Source: Octopus bimaculoides (lineage: Eukaryota). From it: a stretch of 54,088 nucleotides of DNA. The position numbers and the translations under genes were made by a program. Location: the NCBI RefSeq assembly GCF_001194135.2, contig NC_068987.1, forward strand, positions 105,979,731 to 106,033,818, read 5' to 3'. Below are positions 13,418 through 27,445 of this stretch, in pieces; the first letter of the stretch is position 1; every line of letters begins with the position of its first letter. The notes under the pieces were generated by a model, which was given only the letters and a program-made list of their open reading frames with translations, made no database searches and was not told the origin of the DNA.

Positions 13418-13628
13418 TACTACTCTAGGCACAAGGCCCGAAATTTTGGGGGAGGGGGGGCAGTCAATTTGATCAACCCTAGTACGCAACTGGTACATAA
13501 TTTATCGACTTCGAAAGGATGAAAGGCAAAGTCGACCTCGGCGGAATTTGAACTCAGAACGTAAAGACAGACGAAATACGGCTCAGCATTTCGCCCGGCG
13601 TGCTAACGTTTCTGCCAGCTCGCTGCCT
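13418..13628 (-). mobile_element. full-length SINE family A monomer with 19-bp TSD
   Basis: perfect TSD TATGTCTTCACAATATCTC at 13399-13417 and 13629-13647; intact head AAGGCAGCGAGCTGGCAGAAACGTTAGC. Confidence 0.95.
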
Positions 13629-13764
13629 TATGTCTTCACAATATCTCGTGTGACACTTCTTCACTACGGAACTCTATGTTTGGAAAAAGGAGTTTGTATT
13701 AACATAAGGGTGTATTTCTAAAGGCTTAACATTATGTATTTATATACATATCTAGGTAGCTATG

Positions 13765-13965
13765 TACCTGTGAGTCTGTGTTTGTCTCCACACCATTGCT
13801 TGACAACTGATGTCGGTGTGTTTACATCCACCCTAAAGTAGCGGTTCGGCAAAAGAGACCGATGGAATATATACTAAGCTTACAAAGAACAAGTCCTACG
13901 CTCGAGCTGTTCGACTAAAGGTGGTGCCCAGCATGGCCGCAGTGCAATTATTAAAACAAATGAAA
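13765..13965 (+). mobile_element. SINE family B 3' half
   Basis: GCGGTTCGGCAAAAGAGACCGAT...CCAGCATGGCCGCAG matches 26854-27290. Confidence 0.85.
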
Positions 13966-13985
13966 TAATAATAATAATAATATAT

Positions 13986-14051
<66 letters not shown>

Positions 14052-14297
14052 GTGTATATATATGCATGTGCATGTATATATATATGTATGTATATATATA
14101 TATGTACGTATATAGATATGTGTATGTGTGTGTGTTGTATTATTATATATATGTATTATACTCAAAATTTTATAACATTTTTCTAACATAACGATTTAAA
14201 TATATACTTAAACCATATAACACATCCTTCTGTAGTTTGTTCACTCTTGTTTATCTTTTATACATCCAACCACGTGCTTTCACATACCAACTTTCTC

Positions 14298-14550
14298 ACC
14301 TGAAAGAAGCCCATTGTATATGTGTGTGAGTGTGTTTGCTCCTGGCCATCGCTTGAAAAACGATGTTGGTGTGTTTACGTCCCTGTGAGTTAGCAGTGTT
14401 CAGCCAAAGGACTGATAGAATAAGTACTGGGTTTACATATAATGAATCCTGGGGTCGATTTCTTCGATTAAAAACCTTTTATAGCGGTACTCCAGCATGG
14501 CCACAGTCAAATAACCGAAGAAACATTAAAGGATAAAAGCTTAAAAGAAT
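14298..14550 (+). mobile_element. SINE family B, 5'-truncated
   Basis: CTGAAAGAAGCCC, TG tract, GATAGAATAAGTACTGGG...CCAGCATGGCCACAGTC and TAAAAG tail. Confidence 0.85.
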
Positions 14551-14579
14551 ATGCATGCACGCATATAGTAGTGTATTTT

Positions 14580-14645
14580 TTTAATTCTTTAATCTTTTTG
14601 TGGCTTCAGTCGTGGGACAGCGGCCATGCTGGTGCTCAGCCTTGC
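14580..14645 (-). mobile_element. isolated SINE-B/LINE-type 3' tail
   Basis: CAGCGGCCATGCTGGTGC preceded by TTCTTTAATCTTTT, same layout as 850-900. Confidence 0.55.
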
Positions 14646-14954
14646 TTTATTTTCTTTCAGTTTTGCTGTCGCGTATGGCTGAACGTTTGACTAAGATTGA
14701 ATTTGTCGCAGTTGATCTTCCTAGGGTGTATTCTTGAACCGTTTGCTGGTCCGTTATTTTCGTTGGGAATTTAACGAATATTTTAATTATGTTTATTGTA
14801 ATATTTGCAAAGAGGCCTGTTTAATATTTCTGATGTCATTATGTAGGCAGTTGAGCAATGAAGGACATTCAAATATTAGATTACTACAATTGAGTGATTT
14901 TGTTCATATATGTATGTGTGCGTTTGCGTGTGTATGTGTATGTGGGTTTGGGTT

Positions 14955-14999
<45 letters not shown>

Positions 15000-16551
15000 N
15001 NNNNNNNNNNNNNNNNNNNNNNNNNNNNNNNNNNNNNNNNNNNNNNNNNNNNNNNNNNNNNNNNNNNNNNNNNNNNNNNNNNNNNNNNNNNNNNNNNNNN
15101 NNNNNNNNNNNNNNNNNNNNNNNNNNNNNNNNNNNNNNNNNNNNNNNNNNNNNNNNNNNNNNNNNNNNNNNNNNNNNNNNNNNNNNNNNNNNNNNNNNNN
15201 NNNNNNNNNNNNNNNNNNNNNNNNNNNNNNNNNNNNNNNNNNNNNNNNNNNNNNNNNNNNNNNNNNNNNNNNNNNNNNNNNNNNNNNNNNNNNNNNNNNN
15301 NNNNNNNNNNNNNNNNNNNNNNNNNNNNNNNNNNNNNNNNNNNNNNNNNNNNNNNNNNNNNNNNNNNNNNNNNNNNNNNNNNNNNNNNNNNNNNNNNNNN
15401 NNNNNNNNNNNNNNNNNNNNNNNNNNNNNNNNNNNNNNNNNNNNNNNNNNNNNNNNNNNNNNNNNNNNNNNNNNNNNNNNNNNNNNNNNNNNNNNNNNNN
15501 NNNNNNNNNNNNNNNNNNNNNNNNNNNNNNNNNNNNNNNNNNNNNNNNNNNNNNNNNNNNNNNNNNNNNNNNNNNNNNNNNNNNNNNNNNNNNNNNNNNN
15601 NNNNNNNNNNNNNNNNNNNNNNNNNNNATATATACATGCACTTACATGTACAAATATAACATTTAAGATGTAGGTATCTATACAAATATATGTGTATATC
15701 AATGCGTTCATATAGATTTTTGTCTGTATGTCTTTCCTTAACAGTCTTTGTTCTTTCAATGACGTACATGTTGAAATAATGTTTATCTATCAATCATTTC
15801 TCTCCCCTGCTCTTTCACAGTCCCTCTCTTTGTCTCTCTCACTCACGCTCTCTCTCTCTATCTATCTATCTCTATTTCTCTCTCTCTCTCTCTCTCTCTT
15901 TGCATCTTTTTCTATCCAGTTATCTACACATCAGCCTCTATTAATGTATGTCTATCTATTCTTCGATCTATTGATATAGTCATCGATCAATACGTCTTTT
16001 TAGCCTTTCTATCTATCTCTATCATTAGCTATAATAATACTGTGTATCTGTCTGACTCTCTGCCTCTACATCACTTTGTCTGCTTCTGCTTACATCTCTG
16101 CTAATCAGAGATATGCATTATATACACATATACACATATATAAATACACATATAAGATATATGTATAGAGACACGCACGCATATACATATACATATATAC
16201 ATATATATATAGGCATATATAACGTCAATTATCTTTCTCTGTCTTGCAATTTCTCTCATTTAACTAATCTCTCGCTCACTAGGTCGCGCTGCTGTTCGTC
16301 TCTTGCTACTCCTCTCTCACAATCTTCATTGCCGCCACTCCTTAACCAAACCGCCTTATCAATACATATATCTACCAAACTTTATTTCTATCTAAACTAA
16401 ACTCCTTACAAGTCTTGTTTAATGACTTTTCATTTGTTTTCATTTTTCTTCTTTGTAAAAAAAAAGAACAACACACGCGCACACATACATACATACACAA
16501 ATATGTACATTTATATGCAGGCGTAAATATAACATATATATGTAATAAATA

Positions 16552-16600
<49 letters not shown>

Positions 16601-16646
16601 CATATATATATATAAATATGTGCATGGATGTACAGACATATGCACG

Positions 16647-16689
<43 letters not shown>

Positions 16690-17059
16690 GAGTGGATGAG
16701 TGGGTGCACAGAGAGTGAGAGGGAGGGAGTGAGAGAGGAAGAGAAGGAGAGAGTGAAAGAGGGAGAAAGAGGGGCAAAGGATCTTACCTTTATCTTCCTC
16801 GTCTTGTACAATATTTAAAAAAATATATTGTTTTATATTTTTGTTTCCTGGTTTCCATATATTCTGTATATTGTTCTTATTGCCTTTGTAGTGGATCACA
16901 TATATTACGATTGGAACCGTTATTATTATCATTATGGCTTTTGTTATTTATTATAATATTTTTATCATCACCATCAAAATCATCGTTGAAATATCAGTCT
17001 TACTCTTATTCTTATCGTTATTTTACTTTATATATCGCTCTTGTTGATTAAATTATTGA

Positions 17060-17260
17060 TGCATTTGTAGTTGTGGTGGTGCTGGTGGTGGTGGTGGTAG
17101 TGGAAGCGATAATGGTGGTGGCTGTGAGAGCGGTGGTGGTTGTGGTAGTGGTGGTGGTAATACTGTCTGTTGTGGTGGCGGTGGTGGTTGTGGTAGTTGT
17201 GGTGCTGGTATGGTGGTAGCTATAGATGTGGTTGCGGAGGCAGTAGTGTTCTTGTTATTA
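17060..17260. repeat. degenerate (GGT)n low-complexity tract
   Basis: direct reading. Confidence 0.9.
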
Positions 17261-17936
17261 TCATATAATTCTGACTTTTCTATCCGGCAATCTGCCTTAA
17301 TTTAATTTTATATATTGTTTCTCTCTATCGAGTAGAAAATGCTCTTTTGATCCTAAAGCCGATAAAACTTGTCCGCTCAAAAGCAGAACTAGTAAAGATT
17401 CGCCATTTTGATTAAAGAAACCGATAGTGAAACACAGACAGATAGATTAGCGTAGAGCAATAGAAGATTAGAGAATAGCGAAAAAGAAACCAAGAATTGA
17501 AACATTTGAAAAGAACAAGAGAGAAAGAAAGAGTGGGAGTGAGAAGAGGTTGACAGAGATAAAGGTATTCAAAAAGATGTAGGGAGGAGCAAACCAGTCT
17601 CTTATCTATTTGTTTATCAGTTAGTGACATCTTATATTACACTGAATGCCCAGTTTTAGCGTTTCGTCTCCTTCGGCGTGATGAGGCGATGGTCATCTCA
17701 TGCGTCACACTATGTTGATAGTGTGTTTAAACGCCACTAACAAATCTTCTTCGTGATATACACATTTCTCTGCACATTTTCCTGTATTATATCAACGTCA
17801 CTTATGATAATTATTCACTTATCCGTTTACTACTCTTCACCATGTTTCTGACTTTCAAATTCTCTCACTCTCTCTATTTTTCCCCTCTCTGTATATGCCT
17901 ATATGTGGAAACAAAAAGATAGAACATAAAATATGA

Positions 17937-17989
<53 letters not shown>

Positions 17990-18892
17990 TACATAAATAC
18001 ATACATATACTCATGCACACAGACATAGACACATACACACACACATATATGGAGACAGAATAATATTAAGAATTATGTACGTATATGCTGTTTTAAACAC
18101 TATATATGTGTGCACTTGTATGCGTGTGTGTGCGTGCGCGTGTGTGTGTGCGTGCGCGCGCGAGTATAGTGTGTGTTTATTAATAAAGGGCAAACAGAAG
18201 TTATAGAGTGACTCAAGGGCCGAGAGCTTCGTGTATAGGCATTTATATATTCATACATATAAACACACACATGCACATAACCTACATTCTCATACACATG
18301 CAAACAAATAAATAGAAATTCTCCTCCAAAAAAAAAACATAGCTTGACGGACTTGTGTGTGCATGTTTTGAGTATAGGTATAACTGAATGAACATGTAAA
18401 ATATATATAAATCATTACTGCATGTGTGGCAGAAAATTGATAATCTATAAAAAATATTATAATTATTATTATTATAATTATTATTATTATTATTATTATT
18501 ATTTGGTTAAATATATTTCCTAGTGTGCTGAAAATTTCCATTGTCAATTGCATCCATTTAGATTCTGCAATAATACAGGGCTCTCTACCATAGTATTTAT
18601 CTAACAGAAGCTTTATTATGATTTTAAAACGTATTTTTGGATTATCAACAATATCTCCAATGTTATGGAATTTTTCTAACAAAAAAAAAAAAAAAAGATT
18701 TGTTATATTGTTCCGATAGACGTAGCCATTGTAGTTGAGCAGTATTGAGACTGACATCTATACACATATATACACTCAATCAAATATAGATTCAAACCCA
18801 CCACACACACACGCTCATATGTATACATAGCACGCACATACATACACACACACATACGTATACATACATATATATACATATCTCTCTGTATA

Positions 18893-18941
<49 letters not shown>

Positions 18942-19271
18942 NNNNNNNNNNNNNNNNNNNNNNNNNNNNNNNNNNNNNNNNNNNNNNNNNNNNNNNNNNN
19001 NNNNNNNNNNNNNNNNNNNNNNNNNNNNNNNNNNNNNNNNNNNNNNNNNNNNNNNNNNNNNNNNNNNNNNNNNNNNNNNNNNNNNNNNNNNNNNNNNNNN
19101 NNNNNNNNNNNNNNNNNNNNNNNNNNNNNNNNNNNNNNNNNNNNNNNNNNNNNNNNNNNNNNNNNNNNNNNNNNNNNNNNNNNNNNNNNNNNNNNTATAT
19201 ATATATATATATACATACATATACATATGTGTGTGTGTGTGTATACGTATAGGCGCAGAATCGTTTGTGTG

Positions 19272-19451
19272 ACTAGTAGCTGGCTTCTCAAAACTACATG
19301 GTTTTCCGTTCAATTTCACCGCGTGCACCTCGGGCAAATATCTCCTATTATAGCCTCGAGCTGACCAAAGACATGTGATTTCATTTGCTAGAGGGAAACT
19401 GAAAGAATCCTGTCGTATAAACATATATGCATGTGTGAGTTTGTGTGAGTT

Positions 19452-19490
<39 letters not shown>

Positions 19491-19715
19491 GTGTTTTTTT
19501 CTGTCTGTGTTTGTCCTCAATCACTGCTATACAACCGGTGGCCGTTTGTCTACGTTCCCCGTAATGTGGTCGTTCCGCAAAGAGACCGATAAGTAAGTAC
19601 TAGGCATAAGGAAAATTAGTACTCGGGTGGACTCATTTCTCTAAAATTCTTCAAGATGACGCTCTAGTATGGCCTCACTCTAATGAGTGAAACAAATAAA
19701 AAACAAAAAAAGGTA
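19272..19715 (+). mobile_element. diverged near-full-length SINE family B with internal (TG)n
   Basis: head, CTCGGGCAAAT...TATAGCCTCGAGCTGACCAAAG, GAAACTGAAAGAATCC, TG tract, AAAGAGACCGAT, then tail. Confidence 0.8.
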
Positions 19716-20274
19716 AGAGATAAAGACAATCGTGTTATTTGAAATTAGAAATTAAAAGTCCTACTTGAAAAACGTAGGTATTTTAATTCTAACGTTTTAT
19801 ACGGAAAATAAAAGAATCTTATAACATACTGAATTAACAGAAAGAGAGCCTCCCTGGAAGAGGGTAACAAAAGGGAATATGAAGGATTCATTTACAGCGA
19901 GACTGGCAGTGGATTTTTAAGTGCTTATCAGGGCTCAAGAGTCAGCTGTTTGGGAGGGGTCATAAGAATTAATGTAAGTGTGAAGGTATGGTACATATAT
20001 TGACATGTAAAATGGACGCCAAAATTGGTTCTGTTCGTATGTTGCAGGAGTACAAAATTTACAAAATGGAAAATTATTAAATAAAACTGGACTATTTCAA
20101 GGTGTTTAAATAATTATTATAAACAAAAACGAAAAAAAAAAATCCTCTCATATTTCCGAAAATAAATAGAGGGCCAGGAGGAAAATGATGAGTTACTCCA
20201 ACAGATTATCAGTTTTGAAAATAACAGTTTGTATATGAAGTGGGTGAGTAAACAGACTAAAAAAAGGGCGGACA

Positions 20275-20500
20275 AGATAGATAGATAGATAGATAGATAG
20301 TTAGATACATACATACATACATAGATAGATGAGCGAGAGAGAAGAAAAAACAAGAGGGATGAGAAGGTGGAAAGGGAGCAAGGAAAAAGAAGGGAGAAGA
20401 AGCAAAGAAGAAGAAGAAGAAGAAGAAGAAGAAGAAGAAGAAGAAGAAGAAGAAAAAGAAAGAGAAGAAGGCGAGAGAGAAAGGAGGAGGTGGAAGTGGA
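20275..20500. repeat. (GATA)n and (GAA)n tracts
   Basis: direct reading; explains poly-E ORF 20329..20556. Confidence 0.95.
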
Positions 20501-20807
20501 AGATGAGATATTCATGGGCGTTAGGAGTGAGATATAAAGATCAGCAAATATTGTAAACAATGTGAAGGCTAGAAATAAAACTGTGTTAATTCTTAAGATT
20601 TATTTTGTTCTATGGATGTATTTGCTTTATCAGTTACTCTGAGAGTATATTTTCAACTCGATTGTAAATTCTATTCACATTATCATACAATAATCACAGC
20701 GATGGCTAAACATCTACAGCAGAAGCTGTGGTATATAATTCTTGTATAAGGATCCTTGGTAGTAGATGAGGTTTGTTATGAGATAATGTATTCGTGTTTG
20801 TGTGTTT

Positions 20808-20853
<46 letters not shown>

Positions 20854-20960
20854 GCGTGCGTGCGTGTGTATGTTTGTTGTGAGAGATTAGTTAATACTCT
20901 GTCGTCTACGTTGCTGTGCACAATTGTTGTGGCCAAAGAATGCCACAATATGTGCGGAGC

Positions 20961-21291
20961 TAGGGTAAAAGGGTAAAGACCCCCTTCAGTAATGAATGAC
21001 CACCGGATTGCACCTAGAAAGTTACCCCCGGAGCAGAAGTATGGAAGAGCAGCAGTCACCGATGCATACCAACCTCCCCTCTCCACGCCACTGATGTCAT
21101 CCAAGGGAAAGGTAAAAGCCGACACAGTTTCGAATCAATGACGTCACACCTTATTTGTACAGATGAGTGAACTGGAGCAATGTGAAACAAAGTGTCTTGC
21201 CCAAGAACACAGCACAGAACCCGGTCCGGGAATCGATCTCAATACCTCATGATTATGAGTCCAACGCTCTAACCACTGAGCCATGCGCCTT
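20961..21291 (-). mobile_element. CORE-type tRNA SINE (family C), near full length
   Basis: minus strand has tRNA A/B-box head followed by GCTGTGTTCTTGGGCAAGACACTTTGTTTCACATTGCTCCAGTTCACTCATCTGTACAAAT, closely resembling the CORE domain; aligns with 47583-47902. Confidence 0.9.
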
Positions 21292-21464
21292 CAAACAATC
21301 TAAAGCAACGACTTTAATAAGACCCCCTTCATGGAGTACATTCGAGAGTAATTCGCTACTCCCAGACGTTAAAGACATGAAATATCTTCGATTATGTACA
21401 TATGTATACGTACATATGCCAAAAAAAAAAAAAAAACCTCAAAAAACACAGGGATCCGTCCTCA

Positions 21465-21680
21465 GGCATAGACTCATAAAGCCGTTTTCCCGGATTCTGT
21501 GGCGTTTTTATCTCCTCTGGACGAGACGCTGTCCATCGCAAGGATTGAACATCTTTGCCAGTTAAGTTGACTGCAGCAACGTGAAAGGACGTGTTTTGCT
21601 CAAGAATACAACGCATCGTCCTGACCAGGAATCGAAAGCACAATCTTACGATTACGAGTGCAACACCCTAACACTAACCT
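21465..21680 (-). mobile_element. CORE-type SINE with a different 3' half
   Basis: GCAACGTGAAAGGACGTGTTTTGCTCAAGAATACAACGC core and tRNA head; 3' part differs from family C. Confidence 0.7.
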
Positions 21681-22859
21681 ATCATGATTAATTTGTAAGT
21701 TTTAGAGGTATTAAAATACTCCATATTATCTGCCTGGTTAGGTGTTGTTGAGAATGAGAATTTTACTATAAATCGATTATTATCAGGGTCTGCTATATTA
21801 ACAAACATATTTGATGAATATGTGAAGGCGAATGGTAATTAATAACCTAACTGCTGCGAATAACAAAAAGTAGAAATATCTCATTGGGCCCTTTCAAATC
21901 TGAGAAACAATAACCATATATCTCTTGGAAGAGAGATTTGGTTATTGGTGACAGATGTACATTGTACCTTGTCTGCTATGAATAAAACCCCACTTCTATC
22001 TACTACACACATATTTAAGAAAATTCCTTGACCTAGTTTAGCACACACTTATACCATAGAACTGTCTTCGAGTCCTGTAAATATTGTAAAGATAAATAAT
22101 GAGAGTTAAGCAATCTCCGATGATTTGATAGCTTATAAATATTTCTTGTATAGCATATTTTTCTTATATGTGAAGTACGTGTAACATGACGTGATTTACA
22201 CGATTTCTGAGCAAAGTCTCCCTTATATATATAGTTATCTCTACAGAGGTTTCGACTATAGCCATTAGTTCTCACAACTTTGGTTGTGCGAGAATACGTG
22301 TGATATACTAAATAAATGCTATTTTTCGTGCAATCCAAATACTGCTTCGTAATATATATCTACATATGTGTGTCAGTTATCAAATGTCTTATAGTTTATG
22401 AAGATACTTACACGCACACCCGATAGACACAGTCGAGTATGTATGCAGTAGTATATAGATATATATGTGTGACTATGCATTTGTGTGCTTTGCGTATATG
22501 TGTACTTGTATATGCATACACGTACGTCTATATAAGTGTATAAATATGCATGTCTTTCTGTTTTGTCTGTGCCACTATTGTAATTCTATGGCGTATTTTC
22601 ACGCCATTTTATCTTATATTTTAACGCAATTTAACTGAACGCTGCAAGAACCCTCAGTATAGTCTTTAATGTATTATATAAGATTAAAGAACAGTTTTTA
22701 AACTACAAAAGTACATCAAGGATACGTATACATTATCACATTTGTTTCCTTTGAAGGCATGTTAAGAAAGATTCAGCTGTCGATAACGCGGCCTTCTCCC
22801 CCTCTTTTCGTTTATTCATACTAACGTGAAGTAAAACGCAACTGGACTATATATATATG

Positions 22860-22890
<31 letters not shown>

Positions 22891-23911
22891 NNNNNNNNNN
22901 NNNNNNNNNNNNNNNNNNNNNNNNNNNNNNNNNNNNNNNNNNNNNNNNNNNNNNNNNNNNNNNNNNNNNNNNNNNNNNNNNNNNNNNNNNNNNNNNNNNN
23001 NNNNNNNNNNNNNNNNNNNNNNNNNNNNNNNNNNNNNNNNNNNNNNNNNNNNNNNNNNNNNNNNNNNNNNNNNNNNNNNNNNNNNNNNNNNNNNNNNNNN
23101 NNNNNNNNNNNNNNNNNNNNNNNNNNNNNNNNNNNNNNNNNNNNNNNNNNNNNNNNNNNNNNNNNNNNNNNNNNNNNNNNNNNNNNNNNNNNNNNNNNNN
23201 NNNNNNNNNNNNNNNNNNNNNNNNNNNNNNNNNNNNNNNNNNNNNNNNNNNNNNNNNNNNNNNNNNNNNNNNNNNNNNNNNNNNNNNNNNNNNNNNNNNN
23301 NNNNNNNNNNNNNNNNNNNNNNNNNNNNNTATATATATATATATATATATATATTATATCGTATCATATATTATATATACATTTATTCTCTCTCTTTCTT
23401 TCATTCTCTGTCTACAGGTACACAAACTCGCACGCGCACGCACACACATACAGACGCACACGCACACGCGCACACAAACACACTAACACAGGCACATACG
23501 CGTGCGCGCACACACACATGCACATACGCAAAGAGTGAAACTTTGATTTCATTTCCGCCACTCGCTGAAGGTTTTACAAATTTGTTTTGAAAAGAATCCA
23601 AAGCTGTTTCCTCTGCAGCCTCCAAGCGCACACGCGCACGCGCATAGCTAACACACATGCGTACGTTCTTGTAAAAACATTTATATGTATGTATACTCAA
23701 ACGCACACACACACATACATACACACATAGATATAGATACAAATATTAATGCACACACATATACAATATATATGTGTGTATATGTATATATATATATATA
23801 TGTATATATATAAATATATATATATGTATATATATGTACATATATACATACATATATATGTATATATATATATGTATATATATACATATATACATATATA
23901 TATATACATAC

Positions 23912-23953
<42 letters not shown>

Positions 23954-24299
23954 NNNNNNNNNNNNNNNNNNNNNNNNNNNNNNNNNNNNNNNNNNNNNNN
24001 NNNNNNNNNNNNNNNNNNNNNNNNNNNNNNNNNNNNNNNNNNNNNNNNNNNNNNNNNNNNNNNNNNNNNNNNNNNNNNNNNNNNNNNNNNNNNNNNNNNN
24101 NNNNNNNNNNNNNNNNNNNNNNNNNNNNNNNNNNNNNNNNNNNNNNNNNNNNNNNNNNNNNNNNNNNNNNNNNNNNNNNNNNNNNNNNNNNNNNNNNNNN
24201 NNNNNNNNNNNNNNNNNNNNNNNNNNNNNNNNNNNNNNNNNNNNNNNNNNNNNNNNNNNNNNNNNNNNNNNNNNNNNNNNNNNNNNNNNNNNNNNNNNN

Positions 24300-24364
<65 letters not shown>

Positions 24365-24879
24365 AATCTGAGAACACATGGCAAGGACGAATATCTTTCA
24401 ACATGATGCCAAAGAAAAGGTTAAAATATCGAAATTTCAGATTATCTGCATGTATGCTATGTACATTATCTCTATTATATAATCTATATTGTATAATTCG
24501 TGTTATCTACACTATATAATCAATATTATCTAAATTATATTTCTACATTGCATGCCTGATATAGTGTTTTGTTTCAAATATTTATTTTATTATCTATTTT
24601 ATTTTTTTTTAAATTTGAATATATTTATTTTGCCATGAATTCTTTGAAAATAAGAATAGCAGTGAGATTTCATCGATTAATACGTATTATATTGATTAGA
24701 GACAAGAAGCATTGTTCTAATAAAGAAAGCAAATATGTATGTTTGATTGGAACAAATGTCTATATAAAAAGATTTTACTTCGATTATAAATTTTTTTCGT
24801 ACTGTTAACTTTAATCTTTAGAGTTGACAAATGATCTAATATTTACATCTGTAGAATGTTTCAATCGATTTGGTTTCCC

Positions 24880-25560
24880 ATCTCATTGTCCATTATTAAT
24901 CCTATATGTGTACATTGTGTCGAATAAGATTCAAACTTGAAACCTTTATTTGTAAACTAAATGTAGTAAAGTTCTTACCCAAAAGGCCACTGGTGTATGT
25001 ATAAACAATGATACATTTTTAGATTATTTAAATTTATTGTTCTGTAAATGCAGCTATATTGAACTGATATCAGAGTTGTGTGTATTGATTTGGTTTCCAG
25101 CAACCGTGATTTGTACTAATTCTGGAATCTTTCAGTTTCCATCATGGTTCTCTATCACTTATGGAAATTTCATTCCATAGAAGTGTATGATTTCCTTTCT
25201 CACAACCGATATATTCAGCTATCCCTACCTTGGGTGGTATTCCTTCCATGAAACTTTGCGATTTTCCTCTAATGTGAACTTTGTGAGCTTGCTGGATTCT
25301 CCTCACAGAATGGTCTGTAAATATGTGTTTAATTATACATGCAATTCTTAAATTCTAGCGATTTTTGGTTAGGTTTAAATTTAAATTTGGTAGGGAACCT
25401 AAAGTCTGTATAGTTAATTTCCAACTTAGTTTCGAAATATTTTGAGGGTTTTCTTAATTTTCTCAGACAATAATTTATAGTAAAGTACAAACACTGTAAA
25501 ATGCGGTTCGTCTGCCATTGTGTAATTGCTATGGGTCGGTACAAATTGTTTTTGCAATTC
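24880..25560 (-). mobile_element. possible degenerate LINE ORF1-like remnant
   Basis: coding-like minus-strand fragments (MADEPHF..., IPELVQITVAG) with many stops; resemblance only, no diagnostic motif. Confidence 0.2.
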
Positions 25561-26029
25561 AATTCAATTCTTGGCAATTCAATTCAATTCCTCTTTTTAT
25601 AACTCTAGTGAGGTTTATATTTTCAGCAAAATCCAATAGCAGACGACATTTTATACACGGATGTTATGTGTGACTTCTGCTTATGAACTTGTCATTAATA
25701 AATTAGGGAACAACTGTCGGCTTTTGATTACTTTTGCCTGTGTAAAATAAATAGATCAATGTACGTAGAGATTTCATGTGATATACCAGACTTTGGAAGC
25801 TCGTTCAATGTCACCAGGCTAGGGCAGTGTCATTCACGGATGTCATCGAAGTTGCAGTTTGCAGAGGAGCTAATTAATTGAGATACTTTGTGCAGCTACC
25901 TGTCATTTAACGGACATTCAACATTACTTGCACTTACAAGGAATGCTGAGTGCCCATTAAATGTTGAGGGTCATTATCGGGGTGGAAATTACCCGTTCTT
26001 CAGTTGAATGTTAACTTCCCCGTGATATT

Positions 26030-26461
26030 CTTTTCTACTCTGGGCACAAGGCCCGAAATTTTCGGGAGGGGGGGGGGCAGTCGATGAGATCAACCCCAGT
26101 ACGCAGCTGATACTTAATTTATCGACCCCGAAAGGATGAAAGGCAAAATCGACCTCGGTGGAATTTGAACTCAGAGTGCAAAGACAGACAGAATACCGCT
26201 AAGCATTTCGTCCGGCGTGCTAACGTTTCTTATTTCTTTATTGCCCACAGGGGGCTAAACACAGAGGGGACAAAGAAGGACAGACAAAGGGATTAGATCG
26301 ATTACATCGACCCCAGTGCGTAACTGGTACTTAATTTATCGACTCTAAAAGGATGACAGGCAAAGTCGACTTCGACGGAATTTGATCTCAGAACGTAACG
26401 GCAGACGAAATACCGCTAAGCACTTCGCTCGGCGTGCTAACGTTTCTGGCAGCTTACCGCC
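26030..26461 (-). mobile_element. dimeric SINE family A with 19-bp TSD
   Basis: same two-unit structure and junction as 10572-11001; TSD TTAACTTCCCC(G/A)T(G/C)ATATT at 26011-26029 and 26462-26480 brackets the whole dimer. Confidence 0.93.
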
Positions 26462-26853
26462 TTAACTTCCCCATCATATTATAAACCTATCATTTTGAAA
26501 CTGATCGTTCTTCTCGTTTTGCTCTGGTGAAAAGTAGTGTGTCGTATTTTGAAACGTCTATAACTAAACTCACTCTATCAACACTCCTCTTTCAGCAGTA
26601 CATTGTCTTACTCTGTAACCGAGCAACATTTTTCACATATGAAAAATTCTTTTTTCCTGGGAAAGTGAAGAGTGGTTTTGACTAGAAAACAGTTTATCTT
26701 GTTTTGAATAATGTTGAGTGACAGAAGCTGTATATAGCTCTTTGTTGTTTTTGTTTTATTCTTTTTGTTTTTGTAGTTGTTGTTTGTGTTTTCGTTGTTG
26801 CTGTTACTGGTTAGCCACTGCTCGACTCTCATACAACAGAATTATGATCAACA

Positions 26854-27082
26854 TACTCTTTTACTTGTTTCAGTCATTTTACTGTGGCCACGCTGGAGCA
26901 CCACCTTTAGTCGAGCAAATCAACCCCAGGACTTATTCTTTGTAAGCCTAGTACTTATTCTATCGGTGTCTTTTGCTGAACCGCTAGATTACGGGGACAT
27001 AAACGCACCAGCATCGGTTGTCAAGCGATGTTGGGGGGACAAACACAGACACACAAACATGTACACGCACATACACATATAA

Positions 27083-27142
<60 letters not shown>

Positions 27143-27290
27143 GACGGGCTTCTTTCAGTTTCCGTCTACCAATTCCACTCACAAGGCCTTGGTCGGTCCG
27201 AGGTTATAGTAGAAGGCACTTGCCCAAAGTACCACGAAGTGGGACTGAACCCGGAACCATGTGGTTCGTAAGCAAGCTACTTACCACTTA
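26854..27290 (-). mobile_element. full-length SINE family B with central (TA)n
   Basis: tRNA head GTGGTAAGTAGCTTGCTTACGAACCACATGGTTCCGGGTTCAGTCCC, partial CORE-like block, microsatellite, 3' domain and TAAAAGAG tail. Confidence 0.93.
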
Positions 27291-27319
27291 GCAACGATTT
27301 GTTTTGTTATATCAGGCTC

Positions 27320-27445
27320 TGTGAAAGCACGTGACCTAGCGGGTAGGGAGTCACACTCACAATCGTAAGATCATGCTCTTGATTCCCAGACTGAGCGATG
27401 TGTTGTGTTCATGAGCGAAACACTGCACTCCACGTTGCTCCAGTA
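27320..27445 (+). mobile_element. CORE-type SINE 5' fragment
   Basis: tRNA-like head then GTTGTGTTCATGAGCGAAACACTGCACTCCACGTTGCTCCAGT. Confidence 0.7.

Noticed and set aside
18500-18757. Protein-like stretch in ORF 18290..18757
   Set aside because: No recognised motif, and the frame is kept open by poly-T and (ATT)n tracts
21908-21947. 40-bp imperfect hairpin
   Set aside because: Too short and isolated to distinguish from chance in AT-rich DNA
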